Translations under genes and position numbers: made by a program
Assembly: GCA_050014495.1 (NCBI GenBank)
Contig: JBEKDF010000008.1
Span: 1 to 64,000, forward strand
DNA length: 64,000 bases
Direction of reading: 5' to 3'
From: Candidatus Bathyarchaeia archaeon
GTDB lineage: Archaea > Thermoproteota > Bathyarchaeia > TCS64
The notes under the pieces: model-generated
Seen by the model: the letters and a program-made list of their open reading frames with translations, nothing else
What the model was told of the DNA's origin: nothing
Database searches by the model: none
In this document: positions 20,199 through 31,619 of the stretch, one piece after another
Numbering within the stretch: the first letter of the stretch is position 1
Layout of the letters: each line of letters begins with the position of its first letter

Positions 20199-22124
20199 TT
20201 ACGCAACTGTATACGTGTCGAGATTCTCGGGGGCGATTCCGTAAACGCCTCTCTGCTTCGAGATGACACGTGAGAGGTTCTCACACTTTGACTCTTCACC
20301 GTGGATTACGAAGACGCGCTTCGGTTGGGGGTGGAGACGTCGGACGTAGTTAACGAGCTGGCGCCAGTCGCTGTGGCCACTGAAGCCCTCAATAGTATAA
20401 TTTTTCATTGCGACGTTAATTATCTCCATTTTACCGTTCTGCCCGAACATCTGAGCGCTGCCCATCCCTGACTGAATGCGCTGCCCCATCGTTCCGGCGA
20501 CCTGGTAGCTTACGAAGCAAAGGGCATTGTTCTCGTCTGGGGCTAGGCGCTTGAAGTAATCGATTACTGGACCGCCTTCCATCATGCCCGCGGTGGCCAT
20601 TATTATCGCTGGACCACCATTAACGATCTCTTCCCTCTTGTCCTGCTGCTTTACAACTGTGAAGTAGTCGCTTTCAAAGGGGTTGATGCCATCCCTGAGT
20701 ATCTGGTCCCTAATTTCAGAGCTAAGGTATTGGGGGTAGGCGGTGTGGATGCCGGTTACCTCGCTGATCATTCCCTCGATGTATACGGGAGCCTCAGTCA
20801 TCTTCCCCTCCTTCATGTATTTGTTGATCACCATCATGATCTCCTGGGCGCGCCCGACGGCGGGCACAGGGATGAGGAGCTTCCCTTTTTGGAGGGTTCT
20901 GTTGGCTATCTCTACAAAGTTTGCCTCGGTCTCCTCGCGGTCAGGTGTAACATTGTCTACGCCACCGTAGGTGCTCTCCATGATGAGAGTCTCTACTCTT
21001 GGGAACTGGATGGAGGCTGGTTGAAGCAGCTGGGTTGGGCCGTACTTGAAGTCGCCTGTGTATACGATGTTGTGTAGACCTTTCCCGATGTGGAGGTGAG
21101 CCTGTGCTGAGCCGAGGATGTGACCCGCGTTATGGAGGGTTAGGCGTACATCGGGGCTTATGTCTGTGACCTCGCCGTAGCTGAGGGGGATTGTCCTCAT
21201 GATGACCTCCCTGACCTCCTCGTTACTGTAGGGTAGGTAGCGCCCCTCCTTTCCGGTGACATCTAGGTAGTCGCTCTGGAGGAGGACCATCAAGCTCGCC
21301 GTCGGCTCACTGCAGTATATTGGACCCTCGTAACCATACTTGTAGAGGTATGGGAGGAAGCCGCAGTGGTCGAGGTGGGCGTGGGTGATCACAACGGCGT
21401 CTAGCTTGCTGATGTCGAACTCTTCCGTATCTATCCTTGGGTAGGCTCCGATGGGGCTAGATGTACCTGGGTTTATGCCACAGTCTAAGAGTATTCGACT
21501 CTCCCTTGTCCTCACTAAGACGGCAGACCTGCCTACCTGTCTGGCTGCGCCTAGGAATGTGACCCTAATGTCACCCGACTGCTGATACATGGGGCGGAAT
21601 ATTGCCTCACCCGTCTCACGTAGGAACCTCTCTCGCTCCTTACTCTTCCCGTAGATGTATCCTCTCACCATCTTTATGGTCATGCTGGGGATCGGGGGAG
21701 ATCTTACAACATTAGGGCTCCACCTAGTTCTTTTGACGATATCCAGCAGGTTCTGCCCGTTCTTTCCTATAGCGACACCTGGTTTCTCTACCTCCAGCGT
21801 CACCTCTCCAAGGCTAGGATCGAAGTTACTCTGGACAAGCCCCGCCTCAGCAAGAATCTCCTTAACTATTCTCTCCGCTTCGAGCTCATTTACGCGGACG
21901 GATGGGTCGCTACGAACCACTATTCGCTTCTTAATTATGCCAGCTATCTCGCCAACGATGTGGCTCTGTTCGACGAGTGTCTCGGGTTTCTGGGTATATA
22001 TAGCAAGTCTCGGACCCTCGAACTCGATCCTTGTTATTCCAACGTCGGCGGGGATCTTCTCGAGGATCGTCTTCCTGATCTCTTCGTAACTTAGTCCTTG
22101 GGGCTTTTGCATCCCTGCATCCAA
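20199..22124 (-). CDS. fttA: Beta-CASP ribonuclease aCPSF1 / transcription termination factor FttA
   Basis: N-terminal KH domains (FEGP), HAHLDH, GHILGSA, FSGHSD; adjacent to psmB as usual in archaea. Confidence 0.96.
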   Translation of the reverse strand: MDAGMQKPQGLSYEEIRKTILEKIPADVGITRIEFEGPRLAIYTQKPETLVEQSHIVGEIAGIIKKRIVVRSDPSVRVNELEAERIVKEILAEAGLVQSNFDPSLGEVTLEVEKPGVAIGKNGQNLLDIVKRTRWSPNVVRSPPIPSMTIKMVRGYIYGKSKERERFLRETGEAIFRPMYQQSGDIRVTFLGAARQVGRSAVLVRTRESRILLDCGINPGTSSPIGAYPRIDTEEFDISKLDAVVITHAHLDHCGFLPYLYKYGYEGPIYCSEPTASLMVLLQSDYLDVTGKEGRYLPYSNEEVREVIMRTIPLSYGEVTDISPDVRLTLHNAGHILGSAQAHLHIGKGLHNIVYTGDFKYGPTQLLQPASIQFPRVETLIMESTYGGVDNVTPDREETEANFVEIANRTLQKGKLLIPVPAVGRAQEIMMVINKYMKEGKMTEAPVYIEGMISEVTGIHTAYPQYLSSEIRDQILRDGINPFESDYFTVVKQQDKREEIVNGGPAIIMATAGMMEGGPVIDYFKRLAPDENNALCFVSYQVAGTMGQRIQSGMGSAQMFGQNGKMEIINVAMKNYTIEGFSGHSDWRQLVNYVRRLHPQPKRVFVIHGEESKCENLSRVISKQRGVYGIAPENLDTYTVA

Positions 22125-22125
22125 C

Positions 22126-22758
22126 TTATGCCTTCAATAACGCTTCCTTCTCCGGGGGGGCGAGCTCCCTATACCCTCTCTTGTCGATGATGGCTATGTC
22201 GAAGCTGTCTCCGCTGTAGGTATCTCTCTTCATTGCGGAGTCAATAGCCCTAACAACGACTGGAAGCATCTCTTTGACTGATTTATCCTCCTTATACATC
22301 GCCTCAAGCACCCCATAAGCGAAGGGACTACCAGACCCTGTGGAAATCATCTTATCCTCCAAGAGGCTGCCGAAGGGGTCGAGATTGAATATATGAGGCC
22401 CAGCCTCGTCGAATCCACCGACGATCGCCTGCATGGGAAGAGGAGCGCCTGCCTCGCGGTTCTGGAATAGTATTCCGGAAACAAGGGTCGCTGCCGACTT
22501 TACAGGCATAGGACGGCCCTTCTCGAGCTCGTAGAGCCGAGTGTTTACCTTGAGTATTTCGACGATCCTCTGGGCCACGGCTACTCCGCCAGCGATGGTC
22601 ATCGCGAGGTTGTCTGTTATCGGGTACACCTTTTTCGCGTGCTTACTCGCAACGTAGTTTCCAGCTGTAGCCCTGGTGTCTGTGCCTAGTATGACGCCGT
22701 CTTTACAGACGACACCAACCGTCGTTGTTCCTTTAAACGCCTCGACTTCTTTAGCCAT
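22126..22758 (-). CDS. psmB: Proteasome beta subunit
   Basis: Short propeptide then G|TTTVG, DTRAT, GSGS. Confidence 0.97.
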   Translation of the reverse strand: MAKEVEAFKGTTTVGVVCKDGVILGTDTRATAGNYVASKHAKKVYPITDNLAMTIAGGVAVAQRIVEILKVNTRLYELEKGRPMPVKSAATLVSGILFQNREAGAPLPMQAIVGGFDEAGPHIFNLDPFGSLLEDKMISTGSGSPFAYGVLEAMYKEDKSVKEMLPVVVRAIDSAMKRDTYSGDSFDIAIIDKRGYRELAPPEKEALLKA

Positions 22759-22926
22759 TCACATCCTTCCCCTACTAAAACTCTTAGTGAGGGTATCCTT
22801 AGAAGGAAGACCAAGTTTAGATTCTGGGTGTGCTTTAAAAACCTTTTCCGTTGATTGAAAAAAGGTTAAACCAGAGGGGTTATAGCCAACTGTGGCACTC
22901 ATTGATTTTAGCCCCCAGGGTTCCAG

Positions 22927-24000
22927 ATGGCGTCACCCGATCAACCCAAGGCGATTCCTGTCCACCGAATAGACTTACCTAGAATAGTGCTTGTTGGAGA
23001 AGGGGTACTGGCCTCATTAAACGGCGTATGCAGGGAACTTGGCTTCCACAGGGCATTGATTGTGACTGGAAAGAATACACTGAAGGTAGCCGGTGAGAAA
23101 GTTCAGTGGATCCTCGATAGCGACGGAATCTATTCAGACCATTCAATTGTTGAGGATGCACAGCTCGAGACAGTTGGAAGAGTCATGGATGATGCCCAGC
23201 GGTCTAGGGTTGAAGTCCTCATTGGCGTAGGTGGAGGTAGGAATATCGATGTAGCCAAACTCGCTGCCGCAAAGACGGGCTGTGCCTTCATTAGCGTCCC
23301 AACTGTAGCGAGCCACGATGGAATAGCAAGCAGCCTGGCCTCCGTAAAGGGAATGGACCGTCCCTACACAGTCAAGGCGATCTCTCCCATAGCTGTCGTG
23401 ATGGACAGCGGTATTATAGCAGCCTCCCCCTATAGATTCACAGCCTCTGGGTGTGGCGATGTAATAAGCAAGGCCACCGAGGTTGAGGACTGGAAGCTCG
23501 CCCACCACGACAATGGTGATTATTATGGCGCATACTCGGGGAGTCTCGCCCTCATGAGTAGCCAACTCATCATGGAGAGTGCTGAAAAGATACGACAGAA
23601 CACCACTGAAACAGTAAGAGACCTTCTAGAGGCTCTCATCAGTTGTAGTACCTCGATGAGTATAGCTGGGAGCAGCCGACCATGCAGTGGCTCCGCTCAT
23701 TTATTCAGTCATGCCCTAGACTTGATAATCGATAAGCCTGCGCTCCATGGCGAACAGTGCGGTGTTGGAACAATAATGATGGCAAAGCTCCATGGCCTCG
23801 ATTGGATTAAGATTAAGGATAGTTTGATGACCATAGGCGCGCCTACGACCGCTGAAGGCCTCGGCATAAAGAGAGAAAAGATCATAGAGGCGCTCACGAT
23901 GGCACAGAAAGTGAGACCTGAAAGATACACCATATTATCTAAGATCAAGTTGGACCGCGTCTCCGCAGAGGCCCTCGCAACCGAGACAGGGGTTATATAA
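22927..24000 (+). CDS. egsA: sn-glycerol-1-phosphate dehydrogenase
   Basis: [49 protein letters not shown]. Confidence 0.96.
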   Translation: MASPDQPKAIPVHRIDLPRIVLVGEGVLASLNGVCRELGFHRALIVTGKNTLKVAGEKVQWILDSDGIYSDHSIVEDAQLETVGRVMDDAQRSRVEVLIGVGGGRNIDVAKLAAAKTGCAFISVPTVASHDGIASSLASVKGMDRPYTVKAISPIAVVMDSGIIAASPYRFTASGCGDVISKATEVEDWKLAHHDNGDYYGAYSGSLALMSSQLIMESAEKIRQNTTETVRDLLEALISCSTSMSIAGSSRPCSGSAHLFSHALDLIIDKPALHGEQCGVGTIMMAKLHGLDWIKIKDSLMTIGAPTTAEGLGIKREKIIEALTMAQKVRPERYTILSKIKLDRVSAEALATETGVI

Positions 24001-24047
24001 TTAGTCCATATCCCAAGCCGTCACAACCATTACAAACTAATCTTTAT

Positions 24048-26264
24048 ATGAAGAGAACCCACTCAAAAGCTGAGTTAGCCACAAGGGTGGACATTTTGAG
24101 CAGCGTCCAGTTGAAGGTAGCCGAAGCGAAACAGCAGAGGGATGTCGGGCGGAGCATAGCCAGGATGGACTCGGAGACTATGAAGACCCTAGGCGTCACA
24201 GTAGGTGATGTTGTGGAGATAGTCGGGAAGAAATCCACGGCGGCGAAGGCGTGGCCAGCCTACCCCGAGGACCAGGGACTAAGTCTCCTCCGTATTGATG
24301 GATTCATCAGGAAGAACTGCAATGTCAGCATAAATGAGTTCGTTCAGGTTAAGAAGGCGGAGGCCGAGTACGCCGTATCTGTCAAGCTCGCCCCAGTTGA
24401 CATCAGGATCAGCGTCGACAACGACTTCGTAAGGTTCGTGAAGGACAGACTCATCGACAGACCGGCTACTCGTGGAGATACGCTGCTCATCATGATGCTT
24501 GGCCACTCAGTTCCATTCATGGTCGTCAACACGCGTCCCGCAGGCATCGTGAAGATCTCCCCAACCTCCGACATCCAGATCCTAAGTGAGCCCGTTCCTG
24601 AGATGGAGATGCCAAGCAGGACCACATACGAAGACATTGGCGGACTGAATGAGGAAATTAGGCGAATAAGAGAGATGGTTGAGCTTCCACTCAGACACCC
24701 CGAGATATTCCAGAGACTGGGCATCGACCCTCCCAAGGGTGTTCTTCTCCACGGGCCACCAGGCTGTGGTAAGACCCTCCTCGCCAGGGCTGTCGCTAAT
24801 GAGTCGGACGCCAACTTCTATGCAATAAATGGTCCAGAGATAATGAGTAAGTTCTACGGAGAGTCCGAGGGCAGGCTCAGAAAGATGTTCGAGGACGCGG
24901 AGAAGAACGCTCCTAGTATCCTATTCATCGACGAGATAGATGCCATAGCACCTAAGAGGAGTGAGGTAACCGGTGAGGTTGAGAGACGTGTTGTCGCCCA
25001 GCTCCTTGCAAGTATGGATGGGCTGAAGAGCAGGGGACACATAATAGTCATTGGGGCCACTAATAGACCAGAAGCAATAGACGAGGCCCTCCGCCGCCCC
25101 GGAAGATTTGATAGGGAGATAGAGATCGCAACACCCAGCAGGGATGGGCGCCTTGAGATCTTGCAGATCCACACACGTGGCATGCCACTCGCTGAGGATG
25201 TGAACCTTCAGAAGATCTCAGAATTCACTCACGGTTACACCGGTGCAGATCTTGAAGCGCTCAGCCGTGAGGCTGCGATGAAGGCACTGCGCAGGTACCT
25301 CCCCAAGATAGATCTGGAGCAGAAGAGGATACCCCACGAGGTCCTCGACCAGATGGTGGTAACCACCGAGGATGTTATGGGGGCATTCAGGGAGGTCACA
25401 CCGACTGCGATGCGTGAGGTCTACGTGGAGACGCCAAACGTCCACTGGGACGAGGTCGGTGGCCTCGATGAAGTTAAGCAGGCTCTCAAGGAGGCGGTGG
25501 AGTGGCCATTGAAGAATCCTGAGAGATTCACACGCCTCGGCATCCAACCACCCAAGGGCATACTCTTACACGGACCGCCTGGCTGCGGTAAGACCCTCCT
25601 AGCAAGAGCCGTCGCCACGGAATCGGAGGCAAACTTCATCAGCATAAGGGGCCCCGAGATATTCAGTAAGTGGGTAGGGGAATCTGAGAAGGCGATAAGG
25701 GAGACATTCAGAAAGGCACGCATGGCGGCGCCCAGCATAATCTTCTTCGACGAGTTCGATGCCATCGTCCCATCGAGGGGAGGCGGTGGAGACAACCGCG
25801 TCACCGAACGCGTAATCAGCCAGATCCTAACAGAGCTAGATGGGCTCCTAAGCCTCCAAAACATTGTTGTCATTGCGGCGACAAACCGCCCCGACATGAT
25901 CGACCCCGCAATTCTACGCCCTGGGAGATTTGATAGACGCGTATACGTTCCGCCCCCAGATTATGAAGCCCGGCTCAAGATTCTCCAAATAAAGACGAAG
26001 GATATGCCTCTCGATAAAGTGAAGGTGGAGGAATTAGCGAAGAAGATGCAGGGTTACAGTGGGGCCGACATCGACTCCATCTGCCGCGAAGCCGCAATCA
26101 ACGCTCTCCGTAAGGACCCTGAGACTAAGAAGGTAACCGCAGCAGACTTCGACAAGGTCATGGTTGAAATAGTTCCCTCGATAACCCCTGATACGGAGAA
26201 GTGGTACCAGGATACGAATAAACGAATCCGGGACCAACTTAAACCTCCGATGGACATAGCTTAG
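24048..26264 (+). CDS. cdc48: CDC48/VAT family AAA+ ATPase
   Basis: N-domain plus two AAA modules (GPPGCGKT twice, DEID/DEFD, RPGRFDR). Confidence 0.97.
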   Translation: MKRTHSKAELATRVDILSSVQLKVAEAKQQRDVGRSIARMDSETMKTLGVTVGDVVEIVGKKSTAAKAWPAYPEDQGLSLLRIDGFIRKNCNVSINEFVQVKKAEAEYAVSVKLAPVDIRISVDNDFVRFVKDRLIDRPATRGDTLLIMMLGHSVPFMVVNTRPAGIVKISPTSDIQILSEPVPEMEMPSRTTYEDIGGLNEEIRRIREMVELPLRHPEIFQRLGIDPPKGVLLHGPPGCGKTLLARAVANESDANFYAINGPEIMSKFYGESEGRLRKMFEDAEKNAPSILFIDEIDAIAPKRSEVTGEVERRVVAQLLASMDGLKSRGHIIVIGATNRPEAIDEALRRPGRFDREIEIATPSRDGRLEILQIHTRGMPLAEDVNLQKISEFTHGYTGADLEALSREAAMKALRRYLPKIDLEQKRIPHEVLDQMVVTTEDVMGAFREVTPTAMREVYVETPNVHWDEVGGLDEVKQALKEAVEWPLKNPERFTRLGIQPPKGILLHGPPGCGKTLLARAVATESEANFISIRGPEIFSKWVGESEKAIRETFRKARMAAPSIIFFDEFDAIVPSRGGGGDNRVTERVISQILTELDGLLSLQNIVVIAATNRPDMIDPAILRPGRFDRRVYVPPPDYEARLKILQIKTKDMPLDKVKVEELAKKMQGYSGADIDSICREAAINALRKDPETKKVTAADFDKVMVEIVPSITPDTEKWYQDTNKRIRDQLKPPMDIA

Positions 26265-26272
26265 GTGATTAG

Positions 26273-26482
26273 ATGGACGCGAAGCTCATACCGTCGACGA
26301 TCGTTGAGGCTCTCGGGAAGAGTGGAGCGCAGGAGTTTGACGATCTCCTAAAGCAGGTGCAAAAGTACCAAAGTGGCATTAATGAAACGGAATTAGGCAA
26401 GATCCTGATGGAGATGGAGATTCAAGGCCTCGTCAGGGTCACAAAGATGGCCAAGGGTAAGAGGCGTATAGAGCTCGCGTAG
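26273..26482 (+). CDS. Small winged-helix protein
   Basis: ELGKILMEMEIQGLVRV helix-wing pattern; AGGTGA RBS; between cdc48 and fen. Confidence 0.8.
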   Translation: MDAKLIPSTIVEALGKSGAQEFDDLLKQVQKYQSGINETELGKILMEMEIQGLVRVTKMAKGKRRIELA

Positions 26483-26494
26483 GGGGTCAATTAA

Positions 26495-27532
26495 TTGGGC
26501 GTCCAATTTGGCGACCTCGTGGAGCCCCGGAAGATCTCTCTTGACGAGTTGAAAGGGAGGTCAGTAGCATTTGACGGACACAACGTCATCTATCAGTTCC
26601 TAGCCATCATCCGTGGCCAGGGAGGAGAACCCCTCAAGGACGCGCAAGGCAACATAACTAGTCACCTCAGCGGTCTCATCTATAGGAATAGCAACCTAAT
26701 GGAGGCAGGGGTAAGGGTGGTCTACTGCTTCGACGGTAAACCTCATGAGTTTAAGAGGAAAACCCTAGAGGCTCGCCACGAGGTCCGCGTAAAAGCGCGG
26801 CAGAGGTACACTAAGGCTATCGAGGAGGGAGATAAGGAGGGTGCTCGACGCTGGGGACAGCAGAGCGTCATTGCAACAACAGATATCATCGGGGACGCGA
26901 AGAGGCTGCTCACACTCATGGGCATCCCCTGGATACAGGCCCCAGGAGAAGGCGAGGCCCAAGCCGCCTATATGGCAATCAAGGGTTCAGTATGGGCTTC
27001 ATCCAGCCAAGACTTCGACTCTATGCTCTTCGGTGCGCCACGTCTCGTCCGTAACCTCTCCATAACCGGTCGAAGGAAGCTCCCCCGGAAGAATGTCTAC
27101 ATTAAAGTCGAGCCTGAGATGTACGAGTACCAGAAACTGCTGACTGAGCTCGACCTCACAAGGGAGCAGCTCATTGATGTTGGGATTCTCATAGGGACCG
27201 ACTATAACCCCGATGGCATAAGGGGGATAGGGCCGAAGACCGCTATCAAACTCATAAAGAAGCATGGTAACATCGAGGGGGCATTATCCGAGCTACCGAA
27301 GGCGGAGTTTCCACACCCCATCGACGATATTCGATCCCTATTCCTCAAGCCAGACACCACAGACGACTACAGACTCGAGTGGGGTAAACCCGACACCGCC
27401 GGGATTCTAACATACCTCTGTGGAGAGCATAACTTCAGTAGGGAAAAGGTCCTAGCAGCCATCGAGAAGATGGATAAGGGGTTCAGCAACGCCACGAAAG
27501 GCGCGGCTAGACTCGACAAATGGTTCAGTTGA
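26495..27532 (+). CDS. fen: Flap endonuclease-1
   Basis: MGV start, YQFLAIIR, EGEAQAA, SQDFDSMLFG, GTDYNPDG. Confidence 0.97.
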   Translation: MGVQFGDLVEPRKISLDELKGRSVAFDGHNVIYQFLAIIRGQGGEPLKDAQGNITSHLSGLIYRNSNLMEAGVRVVYCFDGKPHEFKRKTLEARHEVRVKARQRYTKAIEEGDKEGARRWGQQSVIATTDIIGDAKRLLTLMGIPWIQAPGEGEAQAAYMAIKGSVWASSSQDFDSMLFGAPRLVRNLSITGRRKLPRKNVYIKVEPEMYEYQKLLTELDLTREQLIDVGILIGTDYNPDGIRGIGPKTAIKLIKKHGNIEGALSELPKAEFPHPIDDIRSLFLKPDTTDDYRLEWGKPDTAGILTYLCGEHNFSREKVLAAIEKMDKGFSNATKGAARLDKWFS

Positions 27533-27566
27533 CATGCTTTTAGGCTACACCTTACTCTATTGAGCC

Positions 27567-28838
27567 ATGGATCTCGACACCTTTTTCAGTAACGAGGTCA
27601 AGCCCGCACTCGGTTGTACAGAACCAGGAGCTGTGGCTCTCGCAACCTCCACCGGAGCGAAGTACATCGGGGGTAAACCTGATCGGATAAGCCTCAAGCT
27701 TTCCGCGAACATCTATAAGAACGGTGTCAACGTGGGGGTCCCCAATACTGGCGGCCTCAAGGGGAATAGCCTCGCGGCTGCGCTGGGAGCGATCGCTGGC
27801 GACCCTTCAAAGGGATTACAGTCCCTCGCCAAAGTGAAAACAAATGATATGCGAGAGGCGGAGCGCCTAGTCTCTGCGGGAGCGGTCACAGTCGAAATAG
27901 TAGATGACGTGCCAAACGTATACATCGAGGCTACCTTAAACCAGGGCAACCAAGTGGCAGCGGTTATCATTTCTGAGAGACATGATAATATCGTGGAAAT
28001 CAGGGTAAATGGTGCATCAGTGTTGAGGGTGGAACAAGTTCACTCGTCATCGAGTCCAGACCTCGATTACGAAAAAGAGCTGCTGAGCTACAACATGGAG
28101 AGCCTATGGAGGATTGCAGGGGATCTTACACATGCCCAGGAGCTGCTGATGCTCGAAGGCGCTGATATGAATATGTCTGCCGCTTTGGAAGGTGTGAAAA
28201 CTCCGTGGGGGTGTGGCGTAGGGTATCACTTTGGGCGATTATTCGCCGAGGATGATATACTAGGGAGGGTCAAGACGATGGCTGGGGCTGCTACTGATTT
28301 CAGAATGGGTGGTGGCCCGAGGCCCATCATGAGTAGCTCGGGTAGCGGAAACCACGGCATCACGGCAATCCTCCCAGTTGTTGTGGTATCAAAGAGCCTT
28401 GGAAAAAACGATAGAGAGCTTGCTGAGGCTCTGGCACTCAGCCACATCGTAACCAGGTACATTAAGGCCTACACAGGGATAATCACACCAACTTGCGGCT
28501 GCTCCATAGCTGCTGGCGCTGGCGCCACAGCTGCCATCGTCCGCCTCATGGGGGGTACTCCAAAGCAGGCTGAGGTCGCTGTAGCGAGTCTCATCGCATC
28601 AGTGATGGGGATGGTCTGCGACGGAGGCAAGGGGAGCTGCGCGCTCAAGGTTTCAACTGCCGCCGGAGAGGCTTACACTAGCGCCCTTCTAGCAATCTCC
28701 GGTGGAGGTGTAACCGACACACAGGGATTAATTAAACCAGACCTCAAGAACATCGCAGAAACGCTGGGGATCTTAAACAAAGAGGGATTCAGAAACCTCG
28801 ACACCCTCATCCTAGATGTTATGAGACGACAAAACTGA
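27567..28838 (+). CDS. L-cysteine desulfidase family (YhaM-like, serine dehydratase alpha) protein
   Basis: PALGCTEP, SGSGNHG, CGC, CDGGKGSCALKV. Confidence 0.9.
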   Translation: MDLDTFFSNEVKPALGCTEPGAVALATSTGAKYIGGKPDRISLKLSANIYKNGVNVGVPNTGGLKGNSLAAALGAIAGDPSKGLQSLAKVKTNDMREAERLVSAGAVTVEIVDDVPNVYIEATLNQGNQVAAVIISERHDNIVEIRVNGASVLRVEQVHSSSSPDLDYEKELLSYNMESLWRIAGDLTHAQELLMLEGADMNMSAALEGVKTPWGCGVGYHFGRLFAEDDILGRVKTMAGAATDFRMGGGPRPIMSSSGSGNHGITAILPVVVVSKSLGKNDRELAEALALSHIVTRYIKAYTGIITPTCGCSIAAGAGATAAIVRLMGGTPKQAEVAVASLIASVMGMVCDGGKGSCALKVSTAAGEAYTSALLAISGGGVTDTQGLIKPDLKNIAETLGILNKEGFRNLDTLILDVMRRQN

Positions 28839-28961
28839 ATACTAGTACAAAATTCGAAAACCACTGTTGTCAAAAAATGTGTTTGACTGAATGCAGCACC
28901 ACGCAATTATTTAATCTACCAATCTTCCCAAACTAATCCATTGGTTCTTGAGGTCAGTGAC

Positions 28962-30692
28962 ATGGAGGAGATTAGAGTTGAGGGTGCAGCTGAGGGCTAC
29001 GTTGAGATTCTCCACCGATATGGGGTGGACTACATCTTCAGTTCACCCGGAACGGAGTTCGTCCCGATCTGGGAGTTCCTTGCTAAGTACAACGAGGCGG
29101 GAAAAAAGCCTCTATACATGAACACGAGGCATGAGGGACTATCAGTCTCCCTCGCTAAAGGTTACTATATGGTGACTGGTAGGCCTCAGGTTCTGATGGC
29201 ACACGTCCTCACGGGGATGTTGCACGGAGCGATGGAGCTTAAGGCAGCATACACTGACCAGATTCCCCTCATGCTGCTCGTAGGAGAGGCCAGAACACAC
29301 GACGAGGAGGTATATGGTGGGACGCCTGGTCCTCATTACCTCTCCTTCACAGAAGTGGGGGGGCAGCAGAGGCTCGTCCAACCCTACATGAAGTGGGTGG
29401 ACACACCGGAGTCTAACGATAACATCCTCTCAACGATTGTGAGGGGCCTCGACATCGCTTCCACGGATATTAAGGGACCCGTGATGCTCTCTCTCTCACG
29501 AGAGCTACTCTTTGATAGGCGGGAGAAGATGAGGGTGCCTTACCCGAACCCAAGGCCATCGCAGGTTCAAGCAGACACTGAGGCACTGAAGAAGTTAGCG
29601 GGGATGCTAGCCAAGGCTGAGAATCCTCTCCTCTACACTCGATACCTCGGAAGGAATCATGATGCAGTAATATCTCTGGTTGAATTGGCGCAGCTCGTTG
29701 GGGCACCGGTCTTCGAGACACCAGGTTACTCGAACTTTCCTACCAACAATCCATTGCATATGGGTGCCACTATGGATAATTACCTCGCGGATGCCGACCT
29801 CGTATTAGTGATAGACGCGAATGGTTGGCCCCCGTGGTATCCTCCCAATAGTATCAGCGAGAGAAGCAAGGCAAAAATCGTCTTCATGGACCTTGATCCC
29901 CTGCAAGTGAAATATCCAGTTTACGGATATCCTGCTGACCTCCTAATAGCTGCTGATTCAAGACTCGCCCTCCCAGCACTAATAACCGAGGTTCTAAGGG
30001 TAAGGGGCCTCGGTAAAGAGGTGGAGGATCGTCAGTTACGTTGGGAGAAGGAGCACAAACGTCTCCGGGAGAAATGGAGGAATGTGGCTATATCCACAAA
30101 GGATCAGTGTCCGATAAACCCGACTTGGCTCAGCCACTGCATAAATGAGATCGTAGACAAGGAGTTCATCCTAGTCCATGAAACGATAAGCCATAGCACT
30201 ATGATATTCGAGCATATTGAGCGACACCGGGTTGTGCCTGGGTCTCAGCTTGAGGCCACAGGCCCCGTTGCTCACACAGGGTTGGGTCAGGGTCTCGGCG
30301 TCGCCCTCGGTGCAAAGCTCGCCGCACCGGATAAGACCGTCATCGCCCTAGAGGGAGACGGAAGCTTCAACTACAATCCAGTTCACGCATGCCTAGGCCT
30401 CGCCCAGGAGTACACTATTCCCATCTTAACTGTGATATACGATAACCAGGGCTATGCTGCTATGAAACACCACCCACGATACTACCCGAAAGGACATGCT
30501 TTGCAAAGCGGGAGGATCTACGGCGTCTACGCGAAGCCAAAGCCCAATTACGCTAAACTATCAGAATCCTTTGGTGGCTACGGGGAAGAGGTAACGGATC
30601 CATCCGACGTCAAACCCGCATTACTCCGGGCTCTACGACAGATAAAGAAGGGCAGACACGCGTTACTCGACATGGTACTGCCCGGGTGCTAA
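28962..30692 (+). CDS. Thiamine-diphosphate-dependent enzyme (acetolactate synthase/benzoylformate decarboxylase-like)
   Basis: PGTEF, RHE, GDGSF...DN ThDP motif. Confidence 0.9.
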   Translation: MEEIRVEGAAEGYVEILHRYGVDYIFSSPGTEFVPIWEFLAKYNEAGKKPLYMNTRHEGLSVSLAKGYYMVTGRPQVLMAHVLTGMLHGAMELKAAYTDQIPLMLLVGEARTHDEEVYGGTPGPHYLSFTEVGGQQRLVQPYMKWVDTPESNDNILSTIVRGLDIASTDIKGPVMLSLSRELLFDRREKMRVPYPNPRPSQVQADTEALKKLAGMLAKAENPLLYTRYLGRNHDAVISLVELAQLVGAPVFETPGYSNFPTNNPLHMGATMDNYLADADLVLVIDANGWPPWYPPNSISERSKAKIVFMDLDPLQVKYPVYGYPADLLIAADSRLALPALITEVLRVRGLGKEVEDRQLRWEKEHKRLREKWRNVAISTKDQCPINPTWLSHCINEIVDKEFILVHETISHSTMIFEHIERHRVVPGSQLEATGPVAHTGLGQGLGVALGAKLAAPDKTVIALEGDGSFNYNPVHACLGLAQEYTIPILTVIYDNQGYAAMKHHPRYYPKGHALQSGRIYGVYAKPKPNYAKLSESFGGYGEEVTDPSDVKPALLRALRQIKKGRHALLDMVLPGC

Positions 30693-30764
30693 ACTCCTGA
30701 GGATACTTTAGCCAAAGGCACACCTTACTTATTGAGGAACTTCTTACTCAAGTAGGAGGATAAG

Positions 30765-31064
30765 ATGTTGACTGAGGAACATCTAATCGAAAAGGTTGAT
30801 ACATCTACAACTAGAGGTCAAGGCTACAGGACGTTCCTTGATAAGATCGATGTTCATGAGAAGTGCGAAAAGTGTGGAGGCTTGCCCTACGACATCGTCT
30901 TCAACCATGATGGCGTGTTATTCAAGTTCTGCCTATACAAAATAGAAAAAGATGGGAAAATATTAGCTGAGACTGACTATGAGAAACTCTACGCGTATAC
31001 TAAAAAGGATGGAACCATGATGAGCCTTAGGAAGAAGAAATCGGGGAGCCACAGCACCAGTTAA
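30765..31064 (+). CDS. Small hypothetical protein (CxxC)
   Basis: GGAGG RBS; 99-aa ORF. Confidence 0.65.
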   Translation: MLTEEHLIEKVDTSTTRGQGYRTFLDKIDVHEKCEKCGGLPYDIVFNHDGVLFKFCLYKIEKDGKILAETDYEKLYAYTKKDGTMMSLRKKKSGSHSTS

Positions 31065-31140
31065 TATGAAGTGACCAACATTGAAGCCAATACCGTTACC
31101 CGAACATTTAAATGCGGATTAAAAATATTGAAAATTATGA

Positions 31141-31557
31141 CTATTTTTCAGTTGTTTTGCCGTCGTAGTGCTCCTCTTTTGCCAATGCCTCAGCTTTAAT
31201 GTGCCTTACAACCTTATCCTGGTGCTCAGGTGGAGAATAAATGGTATACAGTTTCAGTTCCTTATTCTTGGAGGTGTTAACAACATTATGCTTAGCGCCA
31301 GCTGGTACGACTACCCCCATACCATCCTTAACTAAGTGCTCGACACCGTCTATGACGACCTTACCCTCCCCCTCCTCAAACCTAAAGAACTGATCAACGT
31401 CGTTGTGGGTCTCCATGCCTATCTCTTCTCCAGGTTTTAGGCACATTAGCACGAGCTGACTGTGTTTTCCAGTGTAGAGGACTCTACGAAAATCCACATT
31501 CTTCTTCGTCTCACTTTCTAAAGAAGCCACATAACCCTTCACTTTAATCACTACCAA
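31141..31557 (-). CDS. Cupin domain protein
   Basis: SQLVLM, EIGMETH, DQFFRFEEG, HNVVN, YSPPEH. Confidence 0.92.
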   Translation of the reverse strand: MVVIKVKGYVASLESETKKNVDFRRVLYTGKHSQLVLMCLKPGEEIGMETHNDVDQFFRFEEGEGKVVIDGVEHLVKDGMGVVVPAGAKHNVVNTSKNKELKLYTIYSPPEHQDKVVRHIKAEALAKEEHYDGKTTEK

Positions 31558-31619
31558 ATAATTGGTTCATTCTTCGTCTATATTTACCATTCGCACGCGC
31601 GAATAAGCTAGATTAGAAG

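Noticed and set aside
24279..26257. Long antisense ORFs over cdc48, and similar shadows over other genes (e.g. 62811-63980)
   Set aside because: They lie opposite well-supported genes and have no protein-like motifs.
20199..27532. fttA-psmB and egsA-cdc48-wHTH-fen clustering as a novel system
   Set aside because: These are core archaeal housekeeping genes, and psmB-aCPSF1 adjacency is well known.
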